Assembly: GCA_951406725.2 (NCBI GenBank)
Contig: OX597828.1
Coordinates: 34,162,001-34,226,000 of the forward strand
Source of the DNA: Octopus vulgaris
Taxonomy: Eukaryota
Direction of reading: 5' to 3'
Length of the DNA stretch: 64,000 nt
A program made the position numbers and the translations under genes. Positions within the stretch are counted from its first letter, which is position 1, and every line of letters begins with the position of its first letter. The notes under the pieces were generated by a model. That model saw only the letters and a program-made list of their open reading frames with translations, did not search any database and was not told the DNA's origin. This document shows, piece by piece, positions 26,355 through 39,717 of this stretch.

Positions 26355-26757
26355 GGCGCAGGAGTGGCTGTGTGGTAAGTAGCTTGCTAACCAACCACAT
26401 GGTTCTGGGTTCAGTCCCACTGCGTGGCATCTTGGGCAAGTGTCTTCTGCTATAGCTCTGGGCCGACCAATGCCTTGTGAGTGGATTTGGTAGACGGAAA
26501 CTGAAAGAAGCCTGTCGTATATAAGTATGTATATATGTGTGTATGTGTTTGTGTGTCTGTGTTTGTCTCCCTAACATTGCTTGACAACTGATGCTGGTGT
26601 GTTTACGTCCCCGTCACCTAGCGGTTCGGCAAAAGAGACCGATAGAATAAGTACTGGGCTTACAAAGAATAAATCCTGGGGTCGATTTGCTCGACTAAAA
26701 GGCGGTGCTCCAGCATGGCCGCAGTAAAATGACTGAAACAAGTAAAAGAGTAAAGAG
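26355..26757 (+). mobile_element. tRNA-derived SINE family A, full-length copy. Others at about 9637-10010(-), 15527-15690, 19730-20120(-), 20715-21062, 24853-25500, 27075-27490(-), 28257-28662(-), 34405-35085(-), 38235-38436, 50445-50815(-) and 59700-60437(-)
   Basis: A-box-like TGGCTGTGTGG, B-box-like GGTTCAGTCC, an internal TA/TG microsatellite, and the tail tgactgaaacaagtaaaagag. Confidence 0.92.
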
Positions 26758-27277
26758 ATTTAATAAAATACCAGACAGTTCTTTGAATTACTAGAATTTT
26801 GGAATTTACCAGGTTAGTTTAAAGAGATGACCGACTGTTTGTTTACACTGAGTTTCACAGTCGTGTCTGAGATATAAATTGGATTTTCCAGTCATAAAAA
26901 AAACAAAACAGCTTTGTTAACACCCACCCGTCTGAAATTTACAGGAAATTCAGTACATAGGAATTAAATATATATAATGTTATCATTTTTATCTGTCTGG
27001 TTTTATCACTGCTAAGATACATGGCTTATTCTTTTCTTTTGTTTGTAAACATGACAAGTAGGGCCTGATTATTTCTCTTTTATTCTTTTACACGTTTCAG
27101 TCATTTGACTGTGGCCATACTGGAGCACTGTCTTTAGTCAAACAAATCGACCCCCAGGACTTATTACTTGTAAGCCTAGTGCTTATTCTAACGATTTCTT
27201 TTGCTGAACTGCTAAGTTATGGGTACGTAAACACACCAACATCGGTTGTCAAGCAATGGTAGAGGGAACAAACACAG

Positions 27278-27333
<56 letters not shown>

Positions 27334-27870
27334 CAGGCTTCTTTCAGTTTCCATCTACCAATTCCATCACAAAGTTTTGGTTGGCCTGAGGCTATAGTAG
27401 AAGACACTTGCCCAAGGTGCCACACAGTGGGACTGAAACCAGAACCATGTGGTTGGGAAGCAAGCTTCTTACCACACAGCCACTCCTGTGTTTGCTATTT
27501 AAGTTTACATCATCATTACCATGATCATTTAGTATCTGCTTTCCATGCTGGCATGGGTTGGATAGTTTGATTGAAGCTGGCACAGTCAGGAGCAACACTA
27601 GGCTCCATCATCTATTTTGGCTTGGCTTCAACAGCTTGATGCCCTTTCTAATGCCAACCACTTTACAGAGTGTACTGGGTGCATTTTATGTGGCACCAGC
27701 ACAGGGGCTTTAACATGGCACCAGTAGGGTCACGTGGTAAAGGCCTTACAGCTGAGAGGGGGAGTGGAACCAAGGGAAGTGGCTGAGAGCCAGGTGAGAG
27801 TATAATAGAGGGACAGAGATAGTTATCTTACTATAGTGGGTGTATTAGGCTATCTTAGGAGAGGAAAGGA

Positions 27871-27901
<31 letters not shown>

Positions 27902-28460
27902 GACAGAGAGACAGTCAGAGAGAGAGAAAAAAACCAGATGCAGTATGGTGGAATAGGAAAGACTGTCACTTTCCAATCACAAAGTCCAGGTTCAAACCTA
28001 ATGTGTGATGGAAATCTTTGTTGAAGTTCTCCTATGTAAAATTTGTTGGGGATTTGGTATGTCAATGTACAGGTATGGCTGTAGGTGCAAGCATGGCTCT
28101 GTCATTAAGAAGGTCACTTAGCAAATATCTGGTTTTGGGTTCAATCTCATTGTGCACCACTTTGCACTAGTGTTTTCTACAATAGTCCTGTGGCAACTAA
28201 TGCCTTGTAAGTGAATCTGATAGATGGAAACTGTGTGGAAACCTGTCACACACATGTTCTTTTACTCTTTTATTTGTTTCAGTCACTTGACTGCGACCAT
28301 GCTGGAGCATTGCCTTTAGTCCAGCAAATCAATCCCAGGACTTATTCTTTGTAAGCCTAGTACTTATTCTATCGGTCTCTTTTGCCAATCCAGTTGTCAA
28401 GCGATGTTGGGGGGGGGGGGAGACAAACACAGACATACAAACATGTACACACACATACAT

Positions 28461-28508
<48 letters not shown>

Positions 28509-29380
28509 ACACACACACAACAGGCTTCTTTCAGTTTCCGTCTATCAAATCTACTCACAAGGCATTGGTCGACCTGAGACTATAATAAAAGACACAGCGG
28601 GACTGAACTCCGGACCATGTGGTTGGTAAGCAAGGTACTTACCACACAGCCACTCCTGCACCTATATATATAATTCTTAAATAAGAATGCTGTTGACAGG
28701 GACTTCAAAGTTTCGGCCAGCTAAACTATCGTTGGACTTAGCTGGTCAATGATGGCTTGACTGGCTGAAATTTTGAAGTTACTGTCAACAACATTCTTAT
28801 TTAAGAATAATAAATTTGTGCTCAACAAAAATATAGAGTAATCCATCGGATTATGTAAAATGGTGAGATAACAAAAGACTGAGATGCCTGGTGCCTTTGC
28901 TGTACTCAAGAAGAGCCTTCCTCCACAGCAGAAATGTTAAGACCAATCCCTCTGGTGATGTAAAGCACTTGTGGAAGTACTATGTAAAAGCACCCATGCG
29001 ATGCCATATACAAGTACCCAGCACACTCTGTAAAGTGGTTGGAATTAGGAAGGGCATCCAGCCATAGGAACCATGCCAAATCAGACTGGAGTCTGGTACA
29101 GCTCCTCAGCTTGCCAGCTTTGATCAAACTGTCCAACCCATGCCAGCATGGACAACGGATGTTAAATGATAATGATATATGGATAGACACACACACACAT
29201 ATACATACACACGTGCATGTGTGTCTGTCACCTCTGCCACTGTTTGTTAATAAGTGTTGATTTGTTTACATCCAGGTGACTTAGTGGTGTGGCAAGAGAG
29301 AACCAAGAAAATGAGAACAAAACTTCATTAAAAAAAAGGAACATAACAACTGAGGTCAATTTGCATGACAAAGCTCTTTC

Positions 29381-29569
29381 AAACTGAAGGGTGGGCCCAG
29401 GGGTGACAAACTGAAGGGCAGGCTTGGGGGGTGATAAACTGAAGGGTGGGCCCAGGAGTGACAAAGTGAAGGGCAGGCCCAGGGGTGACAAATTGAAGGG
29501 CAGGCCCAGGGGTGACAAACCGAAGGACGAGCCAGGGGGTGATAAACTGAAGGGCTGCCCCAGGTGGCA
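29381..29569. repeat. 27-bp GC-rich minisatellite, about 7 copies (aaactgaagggcaggcccaggggtgac)
   Basis: Direct reading. Confidence 0.92.
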
Positions 29570-29679
29570 CACACTCTAGCTATGCTAGCGGCTACCACAC
29601 ATCAATAGTAGAAGATATTCTTGCCTGAATGCACTATTCTTTTAATTTCACTCTGAAATAAATATACTACTATTACAAT

Positions 29680-29712
<33 letters not shown>

Positions 29713-31123
29713 ATTATCATCATTAGCAAGAACAACAGTAATTTTGTCTGCTTATTGATGTTGGGATAGTTTGGTTCTGTTCCAAAATCCAGCACTTTTA
29801 GTACAACACACCATCATATTCCTAAATTATTTATTCAGATTACTTCCTTTATTATTAACTTAATTAACTGTTTGAAAAAAAAATTTTTGCAACATATCTT
29901 ATTGACATAATTTTAATCCCAGAATTTATCAGTCTTTATTCTTTACTGCTACATTCACAGTTCCAATAGTAACTTTAAATGTCAAAAGTAATTTCAAAGG
30001 GATTGAGGTCCTTAAAAACTAATTCATTAATGAGAAAAAAAATTGTTAGTTGGTCATTCTAAGGCAATTATAACAACTCTTTTTAACCCTATAGGACCAA
30101 AATTTAAATTCTTTAATAATATCCAGATTACTGAAGCATTATTTGAATACAAATTAGTGAAATGGATGCAGGTATGGCTATGTGGTTAAGAAATTCATTT
30201 CCAGATCACAAGGTTTTGGGTTCAGTTCCACTGCAAGGTACTTGGGCGAGTGTTTTATGCAAGATCTTCAGCCTTGTGAGTGGATTTATTAGACAAAAAC
30301 TGAAATAAGCCTATGTGTGTGTGTGTTAGAAAGAGAGAGCTTGTATTTCCTTATGTACACATGTTCGTTCTCCAACTGTAAACAGTGCAGTCCACCATAA
30401 AAGTTTGTTTAGGCTTCTTGAGTTGTTTTAACATGTTGTGTGCGATCTTCGCAAACAAAAGGCTCATTTATTGGGTGTCATTTGCTTCTCTTTGTAAACA
30501 TGGATGGGCTATTTATTTGATAGACTAGGAGACTTACTTCACATGGAAATAAGTGGTGGCGGTTGTGGTGACAGGGAGAGCATCTGGCTGTAGAAAACTC
30601 TCACCACCACCACATCCTCCTCAACAACAACACCAGCAGCAGCAATTTTGTTTGTTTTTCAACGTTGGAACTACTAAGCTTTTACTGCAGCACTTCCATT
30701 ATAAATAGAATAAATCTGAAAAAAAATCATACTCTCATCAGATCCATGCAAGAATGGAAAAGTAGACGTTAAAACTACAAGGCTTATAGATGGCATTCAA
30801 AGTTCATTACATACCACTTTGCTAACACTGTCTCAGAACAAACCAACAGATTTAAAGTAGACTCTTATACATTGTATGTTTTACCATGCTAAATAGTCAT
30901 TAAGTCAATAATCTTCACTGATTAGTTAATATATTCTCCACTGCATGGCATTCATGGCAATGTGAATTTTATGTCCAAGTCAATCTCCTTTCTGACAATA
31001 TACTTAACCTAGTTCTGATGTGGCAACTCTGATTCATATTTCGGGCATCTCACTGTAAGATATATAACACAGAGGTGTAGAGACAAAAACTTCCCTTCCT
31101 AATTACTCACATGAGAGGACGGG

Positions 31124-31343
31124 GCTAAGGGGAAGGCCATACTGTGCTAAGGGGAAGGCCATGCTGTGCTAAGGGGAAAGCCATACTGCACTAAGGGGAA
31201 GGCCATACTGTGCTAAGGGGAAGGCCATACTGCATTAAGGGGAAGGCCATACTGCATTAAGAGGAAAGCCATACTGTGCTAAGGGGAAGGCCATAGTGCG
31301 CTAAGGGGAAAGCCATACTGCACTAAGAGGAAGGACATACTGC
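31124..31343. repeat. 22-bp minisatellite, 10 copies (ctaaggggaaggccatactgtg)
   Basis: Units start at 31125, 31147 and so on up to 31323. Confidence 0.95.
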
Positions 31344-32605
31344 TATGAAGAACGACGCACACAAAAGCATACACACGCACACAAGAATACACACACAGAC
31401 ACACATACGCAAACGCATGTGCACATAAGCATACACATATAAGAAGAGCAAAATGTAAGTGGAGCTAGAGCACACAGGAAAAGAAAAAAGTGTCACTGAA
31501 GAGGTCACAGATGTGTGACGAAAGATTTACGGACAATGGACATGAGTGGGAATAAGAACAGTAATAAAAGAGTGAAGAACGAATATACAGTGTGTGTGTT
31601 TATTTGGCAAAGAACAAAAAAAAATAAGCCATGAAACAATGTCTGTTTCAACACAATTTCACATCAGGAGTTTTGCAACACAAATTCATAAGCACAAATA
31701 CTCAAACATACTTTTCCCAATTATATTCAAATAGAAAAAGGGTCCCCTACAAAACTAAAACTCCCTTCTTCCACTCCTCTACTATTTCTATGTCATTCAG
31801 ATCTTTTATCTTTTATTTGTGTCAGTCATTAGACTATGGCCATGCTGGGGCATCCATCGCCTTGAATTTTTTACAGTCGAATGAATTGACCCCACTCCAG
31901 TACTCATTATTTTTAAACCTGGTATTTATTCTATCAGTTTATTTTGCCAATCAGCTAAGTTATGGGGACATATCCAACACTGGCTGCCATCTATCTATCT
32001 ATCTATCCATCATTGGATACATAGATAGATAGATAGATGGATGGATACCTGTCATTTTTTTTTCTACTCTAGGCACAAGGCCCAAAATTTTGGGAGAGGG
32101 AGCCAGTCGATTAAATCAACCCCAGTATGCAACTAGCACTTAATTTATCGACCCCAACTGGATGAAAGGCAAAGTCGACCTCGGCGGAATTTGAACTCGG
32201 AACGTAAAGACAGACAAAATACCGCCAAGCATTTTGCCTGGCATGCTAACGATTCTGCCAGCTTGCTGCCTTCCTACCTGTCACTGTTTTACCTTCATCT
32301 CCCATCACATATACAAACAGCCTAGCAGACTCACAGGCACTGTCTGCTTCAGTTTTCTATATTCAATCTTTTCAGAAAGGACTGGAAGGATTATTTTCCT
32401 TACAGCCATTTTAAAATATATTCCATCAATGAAAAGTTTGTCATGAATGAAGTATGTGCACAAGAGGTGTCCCAATTATAAAAATATCAAATTCTCAAAA
32501 TATTGTATACAGATATTTGTTTGATTCCAAAAGTTTCTTGTCTGTGGTTTGTTGCATATAATGTTAGATACAGAAATGAAAACACAAAACAAAAAACAGT
32601 TTAAA

Positions 32606-32663
<58 letters not shown>

Positions 32664-33390
32664 GAGATTGAAACTATAGACCACCTAATCTCACGGTGTA
32701 GAGTCTTAGCACCTGTAGAATATAAAGCAAAACATGACAGAGTCGGCTAGTATTTACACTGGACAATATGTCGGCATTATAAAATCCAAACTGCTGACAA
32801 ATGGTATAAACACCATCCTGAAGCTGTGACTGAGGGAGAAAATGTGTTGATTCTCTGGGACTTCCCCGTACATACCAACAAAACTATAAAAGCTAATAAA
32901 CTGGATATTATTATAAAAGATCAGTCAAAAAAGGTGTGTTTGTTAATTGACATGGGTATTCCTCGCGATCACAATATAGCAGTGAAAGAATTTGACAAGA
33001 TCAGTAAATATAAAGACTTGCTAATAAAAATTGAAAACATGTGGCATCTCAGTGACTACAGTACCAGTGATTGTAAGATCTCTAGGAATGATAAAAAAAG
33101 GTACTGAAACCTATTTGAAAATGATACTAGGCTTACCATCCCTACAGGAAGTGCAAAAAATTGTGTTAACTGGAACGGCTCATGTACTGAGAAGAGCATT
33201 ATCGGTGTGAAATCAACATCCGTTCATGAATTTATTTATTTATTAATTTTTTAAATGCATATTTTACCTGTGAATTTGAGTGTGTAATTTGGGAATGCAT
33301 ACAATGAGCTTCTCTGCCCTAGGTGTACAGAAAACACTCGGCAAGAAATATTCAGAAGAAAATTTGAAGAAAGAAGGAAAAAAAAAAAAC
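32664..33390 (+). mobile_element. R4/Dong-clade non-LTR retrotransposon 3' fragment (zinc knuckle and restriction-like endonuclease) in (TAA)n
   Basis: ETIDHLISRC...KHDRV, ILWDFPVHT...NKLDIII...LLIDM...KISKYKDL and VQKIVLTGTAHVLRRAL*, with a stop and a frameshift. (AAT)n on both flanks. Confidence 0.88.
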
Positions 33391-33738
33391 AATAATAAAT
33401 AATAATAATCCTTTCTGCTATAGGTACAAGGCCTGAAATTGGGGAGAGGGAACTAGTCGATTACATCAACCCCCAGTGGTACTTAATTTATCGACCCCGA
33501 AAGGATGGAAGGCAAAGTTGACCTCGGTGGAATTTGAACTCAGAACATAGCAAAGGGTGAAATGTCGCTCAGTATTTTGGCTGGCATACTTACAATTCCG
33601 CCAGCTCACACTTTCTTAATAATGATAATAATTATAATAATAAATTATGTAATTTTTTATTCATATTCAGAAATGCATCGTTGTCTTTTGTAAGAATTAT
33701 AATTACAGAGTAATTTATAAAAAAAAACATTATACATA

Positions 33739-33900
33739 GGCGCAGGAGTGGCTGTGTGGTAAGTAGCTTGCTAACCAACCACATGGTTCCAGGTTCAGTC
33801 CCACTGCGTGGCACCTTGGGCAAGTGTCTTCTGCTATAGCCTCGGGCCGACCAAAGCCTTGTGAGTGGATTTGGTAGACGGAAACTGAAAGAAGCCTGTC

Positions 33901-33938
<38 letters not shown>

Positions 33939-34150
33939 TTGTGTTTGTCCCCCTAGCATTGCTTGACAACCGATGCTGGTGTGTTTACGTCCCCGTCACT
34001 TAGCGGTTCGGCAAAAAAAGAGACCGATAGAAAATAGATACTGGGCTTACAAAGAATAAGTCCCGGGGTCGAGTTGCTCGATTAAAGGCGGTGCTCCAGC
34101 ATGGCCGCAGTCAAATGACTGAAACAAGTAAAAGAGAAAAGAGAGAAAAG
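33739..34150 (+). mobile_element. tRNA-derived SINE family A, young full-length copy
   Basis: Near-identical to 26355-26757, with CpGs retained. Confidence 0.92.
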
Positions 34151-34557
34151 ATACTCCACAGTTTTTGTGTGTGCGTGTGTGTGTGTGAAACCGTTTATTT
34201 ATATGCGTAAAAGTATGTATCCGTTTCAGAGATAAAAGTATGAAGATACATGCGCACATGTGCACCCACATTTCTGCGATTGCTGCATTCATAACACACA
34301 ATTATGCAAATATCAGTTGTTTCTCTGTGTACAGATATGATTATATCAAACAGTGTGTGTGTGTGTGTGTGTGTGTGCGGATGAGATTTTAATTAATCTT
34401 TCATATTTTACTGGTTTTAGTCATTAGACTGTGGCCATGCTGGAGCATTGCACTGAAGGGCTTAGTCAAACAAATTGACCCCAGTACTTTTTTTGCTATT
34501 TTAAAGGTCTGGTACTCATTCTATTGGTCTCTATTTAGCCAAACCTCTAAGTTACAG

Positions 34558-34875
34558 GGACATAAACAAACCAACACCAGTTGCTGGTATGTAAACGAAC
34601 CTATACCAGTTGTCGGGATGTAAACAAACCGACACCAGTTGCTGGGACATAAACAAACCAACACAAGTCATCGGGATGTAAACAAACTAACACCAGTTGC
34701 TGGGACGTAAACAAACCAGCATCAGCTGTCATGATGTAAACAAACCAACACCAGTCATTGGGATGTAAACAAACCAATGCCAGTTGCTGGGACATAAACA
34801 ATCCAGCACCAGGTGTCAGGATATAAACAAACCAACACCAGTTGTCAGGACATAAACAAACCAACACCAGTTGCC
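34558..34875. repeat. 29-bp minisatellite, about 11 copies, amplified from an internal SINE-A segment
   Basis: The unit gggacataaacaaaccaacaccagttgct is single-copy in other SINE-A elements. Confidence 0.92.
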
Positions 34876-35129
34876 AAGTGGTGGTGATGGGAGACAAGCA
34901 TAAACACTCATAGACATATACATATATGACTGGCTTCTTTCAGTTTCCATTTACCAAATCCTCTTACAAGGCTTTGAGCGGCCCAAGTCTAAAGCAGAAG
35001 ACATTTACCCAAGGTCCCACTTACACAGTGGGACTGAACCCGGAACCATGTGATTGGAAAGCAAGTTTCTTACCACACAGCCAGCCATGCCTGACATGTA
35101 TGACTGGCTGTTTGTGTCTTTAACCAACC

Positions 35130-36230
35130 AATCAGCAACTACAACAGCAACTGCAACAATCACAACTACAATCATCACCACATCAACTACTACCGCCACA
35201 ACCACAATTACCAATATTTCTGCTGCCATAAAAAAGAAACAACCAGAACCATCACAACTACCACCACCACCACCACAACCACCACCACCACCACCACATC
35301 ACAATTACCAGAACCCCAAAAGCACAATTACAACCACCACTAGATCTGCTACCACTGCAACTACAATTGCCACCACCACTACTACCGCAAGACTACAACA
35401 ACCATCACAGCTAGTTACAACCACCTCAGCTACAATTACCAATGCTACTGCCATCACTCTAAAAACACCAAACACCAGAACTACAACCTAAGCACAATTA
35501 ACCTCAGTTATTGCAAACACCACTACCACCATCACAACTACCACAACCACTACCACTACTACCACCGCCACTACTACTACCACTACCACCACCACTACTA
35601 CCACCACCACCACCACTACCACTACCACCATCACCACTACCACCACCACTACTACTACCACCACCACTACTACTACAACTACTACTACTACTACCACCAC
35701 CACCACGAAGTGCATGGAGGAGATTAACATTAAACAAGTCAGGAACCTGTTGATGCAGCCATCAACAACAAAGAGAACAATGTTGAGGCCACAGCTGGAG
35801 GGAGGTCTCTTTGTGTGTCTTCTCTTAGCTACACCACCACCAACACCACCATCGCCACCATCCCCCCCTCCTCATCCACCATCAGTCTGCCTTGAAAATG
35901 AAAACTAAGCAGTGTGACTACCTGCTTAAGACAAAAGACAAAATATCATCATCGTCATCATCATCACCACAACCATCATCATAATCCTCATTGCCACCAC
36001 CATCACCACCACTATCATCATCATCATCATCATCATCACAATCACCATCACTGTCATTATCATCTACCTGTTTCTCCTCCTCATCATCATCATAACCATC
36101 ACCATTACTATCATGATCATGATCATCATCACCATCACTATCACTACTACCACCACTGTCACTATCTTCCCATCACCATCATCATCACCACCACCACCAC
36201 CACCATCACCATAACCATCATCACCATTTT
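35130..36230. repeat. Compound low-complexity trinucleotide region (CAC/CAT/TAC/CAA)
   Basis: Direct reading; gives poly-T/P/H/V/G pseudo-ORFs in several frames. Confidence 0.9.
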
Positions 36231-36717
36231 ATGTCTAATTTTTATTTTCGCTATCCATGCATGACCTGGATGTGTCCCACAGCATCTTACCATTTGTTCT
36301 GGCCTTTCATCAACATCATCATCATCAACAAACACACACACACACACACACACACAGAGGCTTCTTTCAGTTTCTGTTCACAAGGTTTTGGTCGGTCCAG
36401 AGATATAGTAGAAGCCACTTGCCCAAGGTGCCACGCAGTGGGACTGAACCCTGACACACGTGCTTGGGAAGCAAATTTCTTGTGGCTGTGTGCTTTGCAA
36501 CCACTTTCTCTTTCTTTCCTACCACCGCTTGACAACCGGTGTTGGTTTGTTTATGTCCCTGTAACTTAGTGGTTCAGCAAAAGACCTTGATAGACTAAGT
36601 ACCAGGGTTGATTCATTCGACTAAAAATTCGTTGAGGTGGTTGGTGTTCCAGCATGTCTTCTACAATAGCTTTGTGAGTGGATTTGGTAGTCAGAAGCTG
36701 AAAGAAACCAGTCATAT

Positions 36718-37232
36718 ATACGAGCAAAACGCTCCCTGTCCAATGGACGGTGCTGAATCATATCTGCTGAATAAAAAGCAATCAGTGTTTTCTTTTCATT
36801 AAAAAATAATTAAGCATGCCTTTATTTCAATAAAATTTTGGGTTTTCTTAAACGAAGTTAAAAAAAAAAAAAACTTCTTGAGGAACCAAGTCTTTCCTTC
36901 CTTCATGCCAAGTTTGAAGAAAATATCTCTTTTGCATCTTACTTTTTTGGTCTCTTAAATATACTGCATTTTGTGGCATTATTTCAAGCGAGCCAGCATT
37001 TTTTGCGCAAACTGCATGCGTATTTTTCTCGCTTACGCATAGTATCGATCGCAACAGCTGGTGTACTTGCACATACAAATGCATGTTCCCACAGCTTTAT
37101 CAATCACATTCTCACCTGAAATCGATTTTTGTAATTTTTTCAAGACTTATACACAACCTGATACCGTCAGTATCTACGTATCAAATTTGAGCGCAATCAG
37201 ATGGAGGATATCCGAGATCCTAGAAGTCACAC
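36718..37232 (-). mobile_element. Non-autonomous Helitron-like repeat, copy 2 (uninterrupted)
   Basis: Colinear with 1005-1054 joined to 3108-3580; same subterminal palindrome. Confidence 0.7.
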
Positions 37233-37998
37233 ATCATTATTCAGCAAGATGGAGCATTTCCACATTATGCATTGACAGTAAGAGACTACCTTAATCAATC
37301 CTTTTCACAGCATTGGTTTGGAAGATGGGACAGCATTGAATGGCCACCACATTCACCTGACCTGACACCAATGGATTTCTCTTTTTGGGGTTGTTTGTAA
37401 AGAACAAGGTTTGTGAGAATAATCCCAAAACAGTTTAATGAATTGAAAGATTACATTTCTGACACATTCACTGAAATTGATGAAGATCAGAATTTGTGTC
37501 GGACTGTGTATCAGAGTGTTCTGAAGAGGTTCGAAGAAGGTTGCAATGTTGAAGGAGGACATTTTGAGCATCTGAGAGATTAAACATTGTCTGTTTATGT
37601 TAGTTAGTTAGTTAGTTAGTTAATTTGGCTCAAAAGCAAATAGCAAGGCCATGTAGGGGGACATGGAGTTAAGTACAGGGTGGTGTTCATGTAAAGAGTT
37701 CAGGCCACTTGAGGTCCAGGGAGGCTTTGAACAAAGCGGTCGTCGGCATCTTCACCATCTCGTCTGGCAGCTTGTTCCACGGATCCGCAACCCGGACGGA
37801 GAAAGCTCCTCTCCTTCGATTGAAATGAAATCGTCGCAGGTAGAGCTTTTCGGAATGACCCCGCAGCCGACGCTCCGGAGCAGGAGTGATGTGCGTAAAC
37901 AATATAATTGTAAGGTAGAAATTTAAATATAATAAAATATTTTAAAAGAAATTTAAAGTGCCTACGAGATAACTGTAAACCTACTTTTGGGCCACTAT
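37233..37998 (+). mobile_element. Tc1/mariner-superfamily transposase 3' fragment (WPPxSPDL type), interrupted by a CR1-group LINE
   Basis: QQDGAFPHY...WPPHSPDLTPMDFSFWG...GGHFEHL*; terminal acttttgggccac followed by (TA)n. Confidence 0.82.
37600..37897 (-). mobile_element. Young CR1-group LINE 3' fragment with (TAAC)n tail
   Basis: RLRGHSEKL...FSVRVADPWNKLP; CpG-rich. Confidence 0.85.
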
Positions 37999-38014
37999 AT
38001 ATATATATATATAT

Positions 38015-38168
38015 TGTTTCTCTCCTGGTTTTTTTCTGTGTATCTTTCTGTCGAAGAGCGAAGGCTCGAAACGTAAAAGACTTTTTCTATTCCTGAGCGC
38101 TATACTAATACATTTGTTTGTTTGTACTTCACCTGCCTTCGTCTTTTGTTTATTTTCGTAAACTTTCT

Positions 38169-38170
<2 letters not shown>
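38015..38170 (+). mobile_element. Short Penelope/retrozyme-like repeat with a minimal hammerhead motif
   Basis: TCTTT-CTGtCGA-A-GAGC-gaag-GCTC-GAAAC-GTA-AAAGA at 38043-38080, flanked by (TA)n. Further copies at about 24715-24855 (+) and 53240-53355 (-). Confidence 0.65.
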
Positions 38171-38234
<64 letters not shown>

Positions 38235-39667
38235 ATGTTTCTATTCCCCCCTTTCCCCCTGCCACCACATGAGAACCGGTGTTATATCCCTGTAACTTAG
38301 CGGTTTGGCAAAAGGGACTGATAGAATAAGTACTAGGCTTACAAAGAATAAGTCCTGGGATCGATTTGTTCCACTAAAGGCAGTGCTCCAGCATGGCCGC
38401 AGTCAAATGACTGAAACAAGTAAAAGAGTAAGAGAGTGATATATAAACTTCTTCAAAGCCGACGTTGTGTCGTAAGATGTTTAGCATCTTATTTAGGGAG
38501 GTCTGTTTCATAGAAGAGGCTGAAAATAAGTGATGTCCCTGGTTGGCTGTTTTGCTATCAACGTGTCCATTTTGTCATCTATGACAGATAACAAACAGGT
38601 CGGTAACGACATAATAAAAGGCGTATCCATATGGTCACCTGTTTAGAAATAGCAGCTAAATCTTTCAGATTCCATCCTGCCACTGTCTGAAAAACGACAG
38701 GTTGTTTACAACGAAAAACGACCCAGCTGCCAGGAGGATTTTTATTTCTTTGTATAACTTTTTTTTTTTATTTTTAATGTGCTAACCCACTTACAATGCA
38801 CACTCTTAATTAATTTGCTACACTCATGTGTACCTCCCGAGGCTAGGCTACGTACTGAGAGAGAGAGAGAGAGAGAGAGAGAAGAGAGGAGGAGAGAGAG
38901 AGATAGAAAGAGGAGAGGAAGGAGAGAGATAATCTATGTGTATTTGTTTAAATAGGATTATCAACGAGAAGACATTGCTACTACCCTCGACCACCATCAC
39001 CGACATAGAACAATTTAATGTGTCAAGAAAGGAAGTCCCTACATAGTAGCAGGTGCTGTTAGAAATAGCAGTTAAAAGTACCCTCAATTCACATCCCAAA
39101 ATCTCAGAAAAAGACAAGAAGAATGTGCTCCCAAGGTCCCTCAACGTAAGAAAAAGATGGAATGGTCATGAATGGAATGCCTTTGAACACAGGTTTGCAA
39201 ATTGATGAAAGCAAACTTGGAGCTAAATGACAACAACAACAGCAACAACTTGATTAACCAATGTGGAATTTTGTACAGGGTCATTCAGCCTGCGAGAAAT
39301 AACAGCCAAACACCTGCAAATCACACATTACTGTTTTTAAAAGGGACACATCAGATAATATAATCCAAGGTATACAATGTTTGAAAAAGACAAGATGGTC
39401 ATGGCTGGAATGCCTTTGGTCATAAATTTACTTAGAGTTGACTGGAATGGGATGGAGCTATTTTTTATGTATTTCAGTTATGGGACTGTGGCCATGCTGG
39501 GGCGCTATTTTCAAGGGTTTTAATCAAAGAAATTGACCCTAGGACTTATCTTACAAGCCTGGTACTAATTTTATTGGTCTCTTTTGTTGAGCTGCTAAGT
39601 TACAGGAATGTTAACAAACCAACATTGGCTATCAAGTAATGGTAGTAGAAGAGACTAAGATATACAC

Positions 39668-39717
<50 letters not shown>

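Noticed and set aside
26355-26430. Functional tRNA genes in SINE heads (also at 8366, 58690 and 59364)
   Set aside because: A/B boxes are present but cloverleaf stems are broken, and each continues into a repeat body.
13396-32283. Strict (ATT)n targeting by ordinary SINE-B
   Set aside because: Some copies abut ATT tracts, but those at 13415, 24458 and 32060 have TSDs in non-repetitive sequence (tggagattaataac, aatatatgattggctt, tacctgtca). At most a preference.
29381-34875. CRISPR-like arrays at the 27-, 22- and 29-bp repeats
   Set aside because: Head-to-tail units without unique spacers, eukaryotic context, no cas genes.
35054-36353. Thr/Pro/His/Val/Gly-rich ORFs resembling mucins or His-rich proteins
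   Set aside because: Open in several frames on both strands because of trinucleotide low complexity; no splice or homology support.
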